A stretch of DNA of 64,000 nucleotides from a virus. Made by a program: the position numbers and the translations under genes. Location: the IMG/VR virus record IMGVR_UViG_3300008516_000159; one strand, given 5' to 3'. The notes beneath the pieces were generated by a model. It had not been told where the DNA came from. It did not search any database and was given only the letters and a program-made list of their open reading frames with translations. Of the stretch, positions 35,779 to 45,268 are shown piece after piece (position 1 is the stretch's first letter; each line of letters opens with the position of its first letter).

Positions 35779-36063
35779 TTACCTCACCCATTTTTTTATA
35801 TTCCCGCTTATTCTTCTTTTGAGTTTTATAACTCTATGAGCAGGATGGTGTTGATCCGATCCAAACTCTTTTTGTAGAAAATCTTTATCTTCACTGACCA
35901 CTCTGACGCGGCTGCCGCTCTCATCGGAACTTATTGTCCCAACTTCCTCCGCAGGAAAAGCGCTCTTAATTTCAGCCTCAACATGTTTGACGAGCGTTTC
36001 TCCAGAAGAGCGCACAGTATCTCTGAGTTGATCCATTATTTTATCGAACGCATCTAGTGCCAT
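35779..36063 (-). CDS. hypothetical protein in tail/neck module
   Basis: 94 aa ORF. Confidence 0.65.
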   Translation of the reverse strand: MALDAFDKIMDQLRDTVRSSGETLVKHVEAEIKSAFPAEEVGTISSDESGSRVRVVSEDKDFLQKEFGSDQHHPAHRVIKLKRRISGNIKKWVR

Positions 36064-36380
36064 TACGGAATCTCTGGAAAAGCCGGATTAATGTGCTTTA
36101 ATTGTTCCTTTGATTGCTGACTCTTGACGTCGGCCTTTGTTTGAACAGTAACACCATCCATCGATCTTATTTGATCGATCACTTGACCAAACTTGTCTTT
36201 TTGGATCTTGAATTTATATTCTTTTTCCAATTCTTTCTCGGGACTTTCCATCGAATCCTTATCAAACGCGCCATCGCCAACCATGAGTATTGCTTCTATA
36301 TATTTTGGCGTAGGAGCATTGGAAACACTCTTACCTTGCTTTAAGTCTTGCTCAATGATAACTTGTCTCAATGTCCTCAT
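36063..36380 (-). CDS. small protein, possible head-internal protein
   Basis: N-terminus MRTLRQVIIEQ. Confidence 0.65.
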   Translation of the reverse strand: MRTLRQVIIEQDLKQGKSVSNAPTPKYIEAILMVGDGAFDKDSMESPEKELEKEYKFKIQKDKFGQVIDQIRSMDGVTVQTKADVKSQQSKEQLKHINPAFPEIP

Positions 36381-36706
36381 TAAACCTCTCCTTGATGTTT
36401 TGTCGCCAAAAGCTTATCGTTATAATCTTTTATCTTAGTTAAAGTTTCGTTAATCTTATCTTTGTCATAAAGATGCCTTATGAAGCCATCATATTTATTA
36501 TCTGGCGGAAGTTTACGAGACAGATCTTGCATCTGTCGGGCTAGAGATTGAACGGAAACTTTGCGCTGCTCGTCTGAAAGATCTTTCTCGTACTTCAAGT
36601 ATTCGTCTATATTGGTGTTTATTATATTTAGATCGTCGGCAGGAATGGTTTGATTAGCCGCTTCTGTATCCTGCTCCAGAAGAGCTAACATATCAAAAAA
36701 TCTCAT
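36380..36706 (-). CDS. small protein, possible head-internal protein
   Basis: N-terminus MRFFDMLALLEQ. Confidence 0.65.
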   Translation of the reverse strand: MRFFDMLALLEQDTEAANQTIPADDLNIINTNIDEYLKYEKDLSDEQRKVSVQSLARQMQDLSRKLPPDNKYDGFIRHLYDKDKINETLTKIKDYNDKLLATKHQGEV

Positions 36707-36813
36707 TTTTCTTCCGTCGGTTTGGTTTCCTTTTTCTTTTCGTCTTTCTTTTTTTTCTTATCTGGAGCGTGATTAAGTCCACAAGCTTTGTCTAACACTT
36801 CTTTGAGGTTCAT
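36703..36813 (-). CDS. 36-aa Lys-rich peptide
   Basis: Hand translation MNLKEVLDKACGLNHAPDKKKKKDEKKKETKPTEEK after AGGAGG; ATGA-coupled to the next gene. Confidence 0.55.
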   Translation of the reverse strand: MNLKEVLDKACGLNHAPDKKKKKDEKKKETKPTEEK

Positions 36814-36829
36814 TATACCCTCCTAATAT

Positions 36830-37909
36830 CTACGCATACCAAGGACCTTCACCCACCGTCCAAGCCTCATCCTCTGGTAAGTTCTTCATCAACTGATCAT
36901 AAACATCCAATGGTATCTTGTCGGCTGTGACGTTGTAGTTGACGTAATGCCATGTTGGAGTTTCGTTCGCGACAAACGCATATCTTACTTCATATATCTT
37001 ACCTCTCACTTCTGTGCTGCCGGTTACTGGGTCGTGAGTTGGGGAACCGTCCAACCCCTCGATGGGCTCTATTTCGTTTCTCGTTCCTTCATGACGCCTG
37101 AATGTTTCAATTAAATCGCCGGCCTCCAACACGTCAGTTACGTTGTCATAAACACCACCGGTTCTCTCTAGCATGATTATATGCTCGCTTCCTTTGATGT
37201 CTATCCAATCGTTGAATTGTATCATTCTCGAAGAAAGAACATCAGAATTACTTCCGGTTACAAGTTGTGCTGAATAATTCGAAATCCTATCTATGAAATC
37301 AACAAGCTTGTCTACAGTGTACACGCCCGAATGATTCAAGTCTATGATGCCGCCTTGATCCGCGTAATTCAATTCAAACAGAGGATCCATGTATTCATCG
37401 CCACCCGTATAAATCAACTTGGCGTATAATCTACCCTCACCGTCATGATACAAAGCTAACTCATCTGGTTCCTCATAACTTATACCAGTAGGATCCTCCC
37501 AGTCATATGTTATTCTAATACTCGCTTCGGCCGAAGAAGATACCACTTTTGCGTTCTGTATGGTGTCTATCAATCTTTGTAGGTTGGTTGAGAATACAAC
37601 TTCTTCTGGCATGTTGATGCCGAGTCGCGAGAGCTCTTCGGTCCAGGTAGGTTCGATATAATACATGCCCACCACAACAGGTGGTAAATAGGTTCTGTAA
37701 ATCAATTCTTCATATATGCCATCCGGGTCTTTGACGCTCTGAACCTTGTCAAATTTGTAGATACGACACGGTGCGGCGGATATCTTATGAAGTTCGTCGT
37801 TCACCGCGTTCATTAAGTCGAAGTCCGGGTTTTCGCGGTGGAAAGTTTTTAGTAGATTGTCGTCATCTTTATTATAAGGATTAGCCATAACTTTTCCTGA
37901 AAAAATCAA
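36830..37909 (-). CDS. Neck / head-closure protein (T4 gp14-like) with insertion
   Basis: DGIYEE, EELSRLGI..PEEVVF, GDLI, IYEVRYA. Confidence 0.75.
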   Translation of the reverse strand: MIFSGKVMANPYNKDDDNLLKTFHRENPDFDLMNAVNDELHKISAAPCRIYKFDKVQSVKDPDGIYEELIYRTYLPPVVVGMYYIEPTWTEELSRLGINMPEEVVFSTNLQRLIDTIQNAKVVSSSAEASIRITYDWEDPTGISYEEPDELALYHDGEGRLYAKLIYTGGDEYMDPLFELNYADQGGIIDLNHSGVYTVDKLVDFIDRISNYSAQLVTGSNSDVLSSRMIQFNDWIDIKGSEHIIMLERTGGVYDNVTDVLEAGDLIETFRRHEGTRNEIEPIEGLDGSPTHDPVTGSTEVRGKIYEVRYAFVANETPTWHYVNYNVTADKIPLDVYDQLMKNLPEDEAWTVGEGPWYA

Positions 37910-38141
37910 ACAGTTTTACGACGTATGCTCTTTTTACTTCCTTCGGTGCATCATATTCAATAAGTGTGGGTGGAAAATCATGACCAATATCAAACAACAA
38001 CCTGTATTTTTCCGGGCCCATGAAATGTATCTGATGTTTTATTATTTCTTCACCAAAGTCTCCCATCTCCAGCCTAGCAAGACAGATGGCAAGATTATAA
38101 ATAGCGCCTCCTTCAAAAGTCGCTATGGCATAATTAGACAC
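37881..38141 (-). CDS. hypothetical protein
   Basis: 86 aa ORF. Confidence 0.6.
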   Translation of the reverse strand: MSNYAIATFEGGAIYNLAICLARLEMGDFGEEIIKHQIHFMGPEKYRLLFDIGHDFPPTLIEYDAPKEVKRAYVVKLFDFFRKSYG

Positions 38142-38424
38142 GTTTGTTTACTCTAGCGTTCGGGTGTTTATTTGAGCTGGCTGATACACACCGTTGAACC
38201 GCCGACCCGGCTAAAACCGATTCGGGATCCAGAGAAATATATTTCGAGGTCATCTTTGCAAGACGATTTCTTTTTACCAGCTTTCGCCCCTTTTTTTTTA
38301 GCTTCTTGATGGGTTTCGCGATATTAGTAAGGGGCATGAACTCGGTCTTTTTAGCAGGACCGCCCATTGCGCTCGTGCCAGCTACTTGTTCTTCTATGGA
38401 ATTTAGCATTTCATGGAAGGTCAT
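38134..38424 (-). CDS. small basic protein, possible head-internal protein
   Basis: N-terminus MTFHEMLNSIEE. Confidence 0.65.
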   Translation of the reverse strand: MTFHEMLNSIEEQVAGTSAMGGPAKKTEFMPLTNIAKPIKKLKKKGRKLVKRNRLAKMTSKYISLDPESVLAGSAVQRCVSASSNKHPNARVNKRV

Positions 38425-38886
38425 TCAGTCCACCATCTTTGCGTGTTCTGCGGCAAGCTTGTACACTGCGGCTTCGGCTTTATGTACATTAAAACCCATA
38501 CCTTCGGCCCAATCATGAAATTCATCGTCTGTCGGGCTGGTGTTCTTTTTTAAGAATTTGATTATATCATTTCTGGATGGAGTTTCACCACCAGAGGCCT
38601 CTCCACCGTTCTCTCTGATGCTTTTCAGAAAACTGGAAAGCTTTATGCTTTCTTCTTTCTTTTCTTTTTCGGCCTCTTTCTCCATCTTCGCCAATCTTGT
38701 GTAATAATCTGGTACTTCTTCCAGATGATCTTTTGCTATTTCTTTGGCGATCTCCGCACTCTTGGCGTGTTCTTTTTCTACTTTCATACCCATTGCCAAC
38801 TCTTTCGGATCATATGCGTCATCAGGTTTATGTTTTGACAAACCTTGTTTTTTTAATAAATCAATGGCTGCTTGTTCAAGTTTCAT
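38425..38886 (-). CDS. DUF5661-like protein
   Basis: ELAMGMKVEKEH...IAKDHLEEVPDYYTRLAKME. Confidence 0.75.
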   Translation of the reverse strand: MKLEQAAIDLLKKQGLSKHKPDDAYDPKELAMGMKVEKEHAKSAEIAKEIAKDHLEEVPDYYTRLAKMEKEAEKEKKEESIKLSSFLKSIRENGGEASGGETPSRNDIIKFLKKNTSPTDDEFHDWAEGMGFNVHKAEAAVYKLAAEHAKMVD

Positions 38887-39074
38887 GATAGGAACTCCGC
38901 GGACTGTTTTTTCTTTTTCTTCTTTTTTTTATCATCAAGTGGATCTGCTATGTTTATAGGCTTGACCATCACCCTTCGTCTGACAACAGGGCCCATTACT
39001 CTAGGCAACCCTTCGACATTAGCGGCCGCAGTCGCACCGCCGTCGGATTCTAACACTGCTTGTTCAAAGATCAT
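38883..39074 (-). CDS. small basic protein (paralog of 39064..39300)
   Basis: MIFEQAVLE...KKKKKQSAEFL. Confidence 0.65.
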   Translation of the reverse strand: MIFEQAVLESDGGATAAANVEGLPRVMGPVVRRRVMVKPINIADPLDDKKKKKKKKQSAEFLS

Positions 39075-39300
39075 TTAAGAACTCCGCAGGACTTTTCTTC
39101 TTTTCCTTCTTTTTGGAAACTTCTTGTTTGATTTGAGCCCTCAGTGAAACATCATTAGTGGTGTTGGCAATCTTGGTAAAATTAGAAATAATTCCAGTAG
39201 CCGGATTGACACCTGCGCGTCTGAATCCTTCCCCTGAAGGAGGCACAAAAAACCCGCACGGTGCGGCAATCAACTCGCTCAACACTTGTTTGAACTTCAT
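39064..39300 (-). CDS. small basic protein (paralog of 38883..39074)
   Basis: MKFKQVLSE...KKEKKKSPAEFL. Confidence 0.65.
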   Translation of the reverse strand: MKFKQVLSELIAAPCGFFVPPSGEGFRRAGVNPATGIISNFTKIANTTNDVSLRAQIKQEVSKKKEKKKSPAEFLNDL

Positions 39301-40076
39301 TATCCAAGAATTTCCTGTTTGCCCTCGTATTCAAAGGTTGTTACCGGTTGTTTTTCCTGCACCGCGTCATACACATTAATATAAGTCTTGTTTCTCGCGG
39401 TATCATAAATCTGAACAACCCATATTCTATAACGAACTAAAATGGCTTTTTTGCCCTTCTCTTTGGCCATGCCCTGATATTTCCAACGCGCCAATAAGGC
39501 CGCGGCTGGCGGCAAACCAAACGCCTCGTCCAATATTTCTTCTTCTAACAAGTCGAGCTCGTTGTATTCCATGTTCAAGGACTCGACCTCTTTCTGTATT
39601 TCGGCCGCCTTTGTTTTAGGTTCTTTTTCTGGTTCGGCTAATTTTGGCGTTATTGACTTGGCCTCATCTTTACCGATACTAGTTTGTACCAGCTTTTGAC
39701 CCGCCGGCGCATAGTAAACTACATTATATCTATCTTCGGCGTGAAGATCTGGATAAAGTAAAACCCATAGATTAAGAAGACGAAGCTTCATATCGGGTGC
39801 CTGGCGCCATAGCGTATACAGTTGTCGTCTGACTTCTCTCGGCGCGATACTAAAAGCGTATACGGTCTTGACGGCTTTTCCTACGCCTCTCAACATTTGT
39901 CCGCCCTGCGACATAAGCTTTTTGAACGGACCACCTTCTTTTTCAGAGCCTGCGCCAACCAACGCTTTTATCGGCATGCCGCCAACTTCTCCGACAGCCT
40001 TGGCGGCTCCGGCGAAAGTTCTCGCAAACGGAACTTTGCTAATCTTTCCGGCACCCTTTTCCTGTTCATTTATCAT
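39300..40076 (-). CDS. hypothetical protein, possible head-internal protein
   Basis: 258 aa; MINEQ start and internal ILDEAF. Confidence 0.7.
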   Translation of the reverse strand: MINEQEKGAGKISKVPFARTFAGAAKAVGEVGGMPIKALVGAGSEKEGGPFKKLMSQGGQMLRGVGKAVKTVYAFSIAPREVRRQLYTLWRQAPDMKLRLLNLWVLLYPDLHAEDRYNVVYYAPAGQKLVQTSIGKDEAKSITPKLAEPEKEPKTKAAEIQKEVESLNMEYNELDLLEEEILDEAFGLPPAAALLARWKYQGMAKEKGKKAILVRYRIWVVQIYDTARNKTYINVYDAVQEKQPVTTFEYEGKQEILG

Positions 40077-40086
40077 CGTTTATTCC

Positions 40087-40392
40087 TTAAAAAGAATAAA
40101 GTTCCATCTTGATGCCGTACTCTTGCTCAACGCGCTCTATTACTGCATCTACGGCCTCTCTATACATTGGATATTCCAAAGTTTCCTTTTCAACCTTTAT
40201 GCAGGTCGGGTACACATCGATAACATCATCACTAAAAGCTATTTTTCTTTTTTGAAGTTCTTCGGTTAAAGCTTCTTTGACGAGCTCGACGGTTTTCATC
40301 TTTTTATGTCTTTCTTCTGCCGATTCCGTGTAAGAACCAAAATTAGGCGAAGAAATCGCTTCATTGATTTCATCGAATCGATCGTTGTTCAT
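40087..40392 (-). CDS. hypothetical protein
   Basis: 101 aa, AGGAG RBS. Confidence 0.7.
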   Translation of the reverse strand: MNNDRFDEINEAISSPNFGSYTESAEERHKKMKTVELVKEALTEELQKRKIAFSDDVIDVYPTCIKVEKETLEYPMYREAVDAVIERVEQEYGIKMELYSF

Positions 40393-40406
40393 TGCACAAT
40401 CTCCTA

Positions 40407-40670
40407 TTACTGTTTAGGTTCTCTGGTGCCTGTTCTTGGCAGCTCCGGAGCACCTAGTTTTATCCTTCTTTTTCTGGTTTGTAGACTATTCTTCTGTGTG
40501 TCCACAGGCTCTTCTTCTAGAACATTGTCTACAAGTTTTTGATAGCGCAGCATTTCTTTCGCGCCGTCACTATGAATATCGGGCATGGTGCACCCCCTAG
40601 ATTTATCAGTATTATCTTTGCTGAGATTACATAAATGCTGAGCATTACGGTAGTGGTATAGTAACATCAC
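40407..40670 (-). CDS. hypothetical protein (start uncertain)
   Basis: ORF track. Confidence 0.45.
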   Translation of the reverse strand: MMLLYHYRNAQHLCNLSKDNTDKSRGCTMPDIHSDGAKEMLRYQKLVDNVLEEEPVDTQKNSLQTRKRRIKLGAPELPRTGTREPKQ

Positions 40671-41847
40671 ATGTCGCGATTATACCGGCAATGATCAAAT
40701 CTACATCATGTGTGCTCGACTCCTCAATCAGCAACCAGTAGTGATATAAAGATCTATCAATGAGATCTGACCCTGTGGCGAAGTCGGTTGTATTAATAGT
40801 ATCAAAATCCGTCGTGCTTGTGGTATGAGTAATCTGTGCCATTTCAGAACCAAGACCGCTTACCATATCGGTTGCCATTAGTTTGATCAGAAGATCGTGT
40901 ACGCCCTCAGAATAAAGGGCTATCTCGAGTTCAGTAATCATAGCGTCATGCGGCAGCTGTAGCCCCACTACATATTGGCCTGTTCCAAAGTCGCCGCCGG
41001 TCGGATTAGTGTAAGCAGCACCATTCTCATTTATCTGCCAGTCACCAATACCGAATGGAGAGAATGAATAAGGTCTGCTTTGAACATTCTTGAATGACGC
41101 GTCATCAGCAAGACCAGCTTCTTGAACCTCGCCATCGGTGTGAGCATGAACCGTATTAGCTTTGCCACCCAAGAGAGTGTCGACCGTACCCTGAGCATAA
41201 TATCTGTCATCGTGAGTGTGGTCGCCTTGAGCAACCTGATTAGAAAGCACTCCAATGTCTCCGTTGTTGGAGAGATTGTCATACGTAACACCGGCAGATG
41301 TAATGTATGTTGCAGAGTGATACGTATTGTTGTGAGAGGTAGGAGTTCTAGCATCAGACAACCTGGCATCATTTGCTTGAATTATTTTTGATGCGTCTGC
41401 TCCTGCCGATATGATGTTGTCGAGCTGAGTGTATACTATGTCTCCGGTAATATCTGTAAACGGGTGATTATGTGCATTAGGATCCCTGCTGTCGGATAAC
41501 CTGGCATCATTGGCTTGAATTATCTTCGACGCTTCTGCCGCTGCCGATATGATGCTATCGAGCTGAGTGTATACTATGTCCCCGGTAACTTCAGTAAACG
41601 GGTGATTATGCGCTGATGGCGCAAATGTACCGGGTATACTATCCAAATTGGCATAGGTTACCTTTTGGCCATCTAAAATTGTGCCGCTGTGAGTGTGACC
41701 GCCGGTCGGACCACCCTCGTTGAACCGGGCGTCTATGCTAGCCTCTACTTCATCGCTAGCACCGCCGGTTTCAACCGCGGTACCAACTTTATTGTCAAAT
41801 TGTGTTTCGTCGACTTGATAGTTTAGGTTTATTTTTGTCTCTGCCAT
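40645..41847 (-). CDS. Tail fibre / receptor-binding-like protein
   Basis: Several HxH motifs, 46-aa internal duplication, beta-rich C-terminal domain. Confidence 0.7.
   Translation of the reverse strand: MAETKINLNYQVDETQFDNKVGTAVETGGASDEVEASIDARFNEGGPTGGHTHSGTILDGQKVTYANLDSIPGTFAPSAHNHPFTEVTGDIVYTQLDSIISAAAEASKIIQANDARLSDSRDPNAHNHPFTDITGDIVYTQLDNIISAGADASKIIQANDARLSDARTPTSHNNTYHSATYITSAGVTYDNLSNNGDIGVLSNQVAQGDHTHDDRYYAQGTVDTLLGGKANTVHAHTDGEVQEAGLADDASFKNVQSRPYSFSPFGIGDWQINENGAAYTNPTGGDFGTGQYVVGLQLPHDAMITELEIALYSEGVHDLLIKLMATDMVSGLGSEMAQITHTTSTTDFDTINTTDFATGSDLIDRSLYHYWLLIEESSTHDVDLIIAGIIATCDVTIPLP
41340..41615 (-). repeat. tandem 138-nt (46-aa) duplication within fibre gene
   Basis: HNHPFT..TGDIVYTQLD.IISA.A.ASKIIQANDARLSD occurs twice; conserved at DNA level. 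Confidence 0.9.
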
Positions 41848-41858
41848 TATTTATTTCC

Positions 41859-42173
41859 TCATTTGAATAAAAAATCAAATATTTTAGGATAATGTTTCAT
41901 CTCTAATACGTCTGGTTTTTCAAAAGTCCAATCAGACTTACACAATCTCACGTCTTTGTTAATAATTATTCCAGGTCTGCCTTCTTTTATTTCGAATATC
42001 GAAGCTTTGATTGAAAATAATGTACCATACTTCTTTTTTTCAATAAAAAGTATGTGAAGACGATCCATAAGGATTCGATACTGCGGTAGTATAATAAACT
42101 TCTGTCCGGCTCCAACCTGCTCATAGGCCAACCCTTTCGTTTCCTCGTCCAATCTGGTCTGTCCTGTCTCCAT
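41859..42173 (-). CDS. hypothetical protein
   Basis: 104 aa; ends KHYPKIFDFLFK. Confidence 0.65.
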   Translation of the reverse strand: METGQTRLDEETKGLAYEQVGAGQKFIILPQYRILMDRLHILFIEKKKYGTLFSIKASIFEIKEGRPGIIINKDVRLCKSDWTFEKPDVLEMKHYPKIFDFLFK

Positions 42174-42175
42174 TG

Positions 42176-42481
42176 TTATTTAAATATCATATCGAATATC
42201 ATTGAATAGTGTTTTCTTCGGAGCACATAAGCGTTCGGAAACCTTCCGTGATACTCGCCTGGATAAATAATCGTACTCTTGCCAGTTTGCGTGAACATTC
42301 CACTGATACTCGAATAACTCACGTTGAGCCATTTTATAAATAATCCCCTTTTAAAAGGGAGTGATCCCTTTTCTTCTTTGTGCGTGACCAGGAATATCAT
42401 ATAATCGACGGAAGTTCGCCTGGAAAAATATTTCTTTCCCACTTCTAGTTCTTCAAATGATATTCTCGGTTGATCACTCAT
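42176..42481 (-). CDS. hypothetical protein
   Basis: 101 aa; ends KHYSMIFDMIFK. Confidence 0.65.
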   Translation of the reverse strand: MSDQPRISFEELEVGKKYFSRRTSVDYMIFLVTHKEEKGSLPFKRGLFIKWLNVSYSSISGMFTQTGKSTIIYPGEYHGRFPNAYVLRRKHYSMIFDMIFK

Positions 42482-42567
42482 TTAGACTTCCAATCAAGCT
42501 TATCTTGTGATTATTTTATCTCTACATTATCTTTGGGAACACATATATAATATATATAAAAGCTTAT

Positions 42568-42975
42568 GTGGAGGCTCTTGTGATATTCGAATTTGACATT
42601 GACAACACTTTGGTAACGCAGGGAACACCTGGAGAATACAACACGTGCTCTCCGATAGACGGCGCTGTGGAAAGAGTAAACAAATTACACGATTTGGGCC
42701 ATGTCATAATTCTACACACGGCTCGGCACTGGATGCACTTTGACGTAACATACAATCAAATGAAGAGATTTGGTTTCAAGTTTCATTCTCTCTTGATGGG
42801 TAAAGTCAATGCTGACGTCATAATAGACGATAGAGCTGTGCCAAGCATCTATGATTTATCAGTTGACCTATTTAAAAGAGCCTACAAGCTGTGCTTGGTT
42901 TGTGATAAAGAATGCGACGTCCAGGAAAAAAAGAAGCAAGATTTAGCCGTATTAGAAAAAGAATGGGATTTTTGA
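42568..42975 (+). CDS. HAD-superfamily phosphatase (EcbF/BcbF capsule-biosynthesis-like)
   Basis: FDIDNTL motif I, HTAR, MGK..AD..IDDRA. Confidence 0.85.
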   Translation: MEALVIFEFDIDNTLVTQGTPGEYNTCSPIDGAVERVNKLHDLGHVIILHTARHWMHFDVTYNQMKRFGFKFHSLLMGKVNADVIIDDRAVPSIYDLSVDLFKRAYKLCLVCDKECDVQEKKKQDLAVLEKEWDF

Positions 42976-43061
42976 CGAGATATGTTTGTCAAGAAAATAT
43001 AAATAAAATGTCCGAAAACATAAGATATCCTTTGTTGATGTGTTTGAGGTAGTAGAGTAAG

Positions 43062-43289
43062 ATGGGATCGGTAGAAATCAAAGTTGTTATAACATCTGGA
43101 AAGTTGTTGTGCCCGACTGCTAACGGAGGTTGTGGCAACGACACGTTTTATGCTGGAATAATGAACACATTTACGGGAAGCAGAGTTTATTTAAAATGCA
43201 CTGAGTGTGAATACAAAATGTCTATTCCTATAGATCGGATCAACTTTGTCGAAGAAAATACAGGTCCACTCGAAATTCTTGAGGACTAA
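43062..43289 (+). CDS. Zn-ribbon protein
   Basis: CPTANGGCG...CTEC. Confidence 0.65.
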   Translation: MGSVEIKVVITSGKLLCPTANGGCGNDTFYAGIMNTFTGSRVYLKCTECEYKMSIPIDRINFVEENTGPLEILED

Positions 43290-43387
43290 GAATAACTAAA
43301 CAGTAGACAGGCAGGTAGAAAATAGATAGTAAAAAGGAAGAAAAATATTACTCAAGTATTAATACTGGTTAACTGGGCGCTTATAAA

Positions 43388-44068
43388 ATGAATATATGTG
43401 TGATTCCTGCTCGTTCTGGTTCTAAACGAATCAAAGACAAAAACATTCGTGATATTGCGACAAAGCCGTTGATCTACTGGTCCATGAAAGCGGCTGAAGA
43501 AGCGAAATGTATAGACAAGACCCTTGTTTCTACCGATAGCCCTGATTATATCACTATAATCAAAGGTATCAACACTTTGTCTGGATTCAAGAACACTTAC
43601 CCCATAACCCGCAAAGCGCAGTACTCCACCGCCAGAGCGCAGTTAGAAGAATTCATAATTCCTTTGTTGAAAAAAAACAAGTGCGATAACCTCATTCTTT
43701 TGCAACCCACTTCGCCCGTCCGACTGCCTGGAACTATAGACAAAGCATATGATTATTTCAAAGAACAAAAAGCCGATAGCTTGGTTTCTGTCGGTAAAAT
43801 AAAGAGTTTTATTTGGAGAGATGGTGAACCCAACTACAACCCCGAAAAAAGGCCTCGTTCTCAAGAATATTATTCTGGCCTGTATTTCGAAACAGGGTCT
43901 ATTTATGTCACGAGCTATAAAGCGTTTATGGAACACACCAATAGATTAGCTGGAAAAATAGTCACCTTTGAAATGCAGCCAGAGGAGCTCTTCGAGATAG
44001 ACGACGAACTGGATTTCGTTATCTGCGATGCTATTCTAAGAAATTACAACAAAGACGCCAAAGAATAA
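43388..44068 (+). CDS. neuA: Acylneuraminate cytidylyltransferase (CMP-Neu5Ac synthetase-like)
   Basis: VIPARSGSKRIKDKNI, VSTDS, LLQPTSP, ETGSIY, EIDDELD. Confidence 0.9.
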   Translation: MNICVIPARSGSKRIKDKNIRDIATKPLIYWSMKAAEEAKCIDKTLVSTDSPDYITIIKGINTLSGFKNTYPITRKAQYSTARAQLEEFIIPLLKKNKCDNLILLQPTSPVRLPGTIDKAYDYFKEQKADSLVSVGKIKSFIWRDGEPNYNPEKRPRSQEYYSGLYFETGSIYVTSYKAFMEHTNRLAGKIVTFEMQPEELFEIDDELDFVICDAILRNYNKDAKE

Positions 44069-44088
44069 CCGCTACATATATATACAGG

Positions 44089-44355
44089 ATGGAACGTAGC
44101 GATAATTTATTTGATATGTGTCCCACTGATACGTCCAGGAAATTACTGTCCTTGATCGTAGAAGAACATATTTGGGATCTCGAAAAGCTTAAAGCCCGTT
44201 GTTCAGAGGACTTCATTAATCGCGTATTGCTTGAGGCTTTGGATGATCTTATTAAGTATAAAGTGATTGTTGTTGTTCCATCCTTCCGAATAAATAAACG
44301 AAACAAATGGGAAACGTATGATAAAATAACACTAGGGGTCAATAATGAGCAATAG
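44089..44355 (+). CDS. hypothetical protein
   Basis: 88 aa; ACATATATA upstream. Confidence 0.6.
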   Translation: MERSDNLFDMCPTDTSRKLLSLIVEEHIWDLEKLKARCSEDFINRVLLEALDDLIKYKVIVVVPSFRINKRNKWETYDKITLGVNNEQ

Positions 44356-45268
44356 TAGTTATGATAGTGCGCTGCAAAATCAAATCAAAACAGCCGGGTT
44401 CGATGTGAGGAAAATACCGAAAAGCTTGGACCTTCACTTCAAAACAGATAGCTTCGCAAGTATACCAACCTGGATAATTAAATTATGTTCTAGCAGAGAA
44501 ATCAGCCCAGGATCCTTGGCTTTATACTGTGCTGTATCTAATATGTGCTACCACAACAAAGCATTCGCCTGGGCATCAAGAGAAGAGTTGGCCAGACGGA
44601 GTGGATTATCAGTACGCACTGTATATACCAAGCTAAACGAACTTGTAGATGCTGGGGCCATCGTTATTTTAACGCAAATGACAAGTATTAACAAAAGCAA
44701 ATCATTAATATTCAGACTGCCTAAGAGAAACGTGCCTGGCACAAACGAATTCATATCATCTCACAGAGGAAATAATGGAAGACAAAAAGAGAGCATGCCG
44801 AAATCGGCACGAGGAGCATGCCAAATCCGGCACGAGGAGCATGCCGAATCCGGCATGAGAGAGCATGCCGGATTTGACATACGAAGCATAGGAACTAGTA
44901 ACCATAGGAAGGGAAGCAGAGGAAGGGAAGTAGTAGTACCGAATTTTTCCGCTACGCAGAAAAATTCATCAAAGAGAGTGAGTAATGTCGCTAGTGAAGC
45001 AAAGCTGTTAATCAAAAACTACTATGCTTGGATTAACGATGAGTTGGATTTGTCTTTAACTCCAAGAAAAGGAGATTTTGATAACGCTCATGAGTTAATC
45101 GATCGCAAGGGAGCCAATCCGGAAACATTCTTAAGATTTATAAAAGAGAATGTTAATGATCATTACTTTGCCAAGACAGACAAACACTTTTCCATTTGGA
45201 CCTCAGATGGTTTTATATCTTATTACAGCGAAAAATATAACGACATTTTTACAGATGATGTAGAATAA
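44345..45268 (+). CDS. winged-HTH replication-initiator-like protein
   Basis: FASIP.W...LALY...AWASREELARRSGLSVRTVYTKLNELVDAGAI; low-complexity linker carrying DNA repeats. Confidence 0.7.
   Translation: MSNSSYDSALQNQIKTAGFDVRKIPKSLDLHFKTDSFASIPTWIIKLCSSREISPGSLALYCAVSNMCYHNKAFAWASREELARRSGLSVRTVYTKLNELVDAGAIVILTQMTSINKSKSLIFRLPKRNVPGTNEFISSHRGNNGRQKESMPKSARGACQIRHEEHAESGMREHAGFDIRSIGTSNHRKGSRGREVVVPNFSATQKNSSKRVSNVASEAKLLIKNYYAWINDELDLSLTPRKGDFDNAHELIDRKGANPETFLRFIKENVNDHYFAKTDKHFSIWTSDGFISYYSEKYNDIFTDDVE
44791..44880. repeat. four 23-24-nt iteron-like direct repeats
   Basis: GAGCATGCCGAAATCGGCACGAG / GAGCATGCCAAATCCGGCACGAG / GAGCATGCCGAATCCGGCATGAGA / GAGCATGCCGGATTTGACAT. Confidence 0.85.

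Noticed and set aside
42998-43005. T4 late promoter TATAAATA
   Set aside because: Only one copy was noticed, and not ahead of structural genes.
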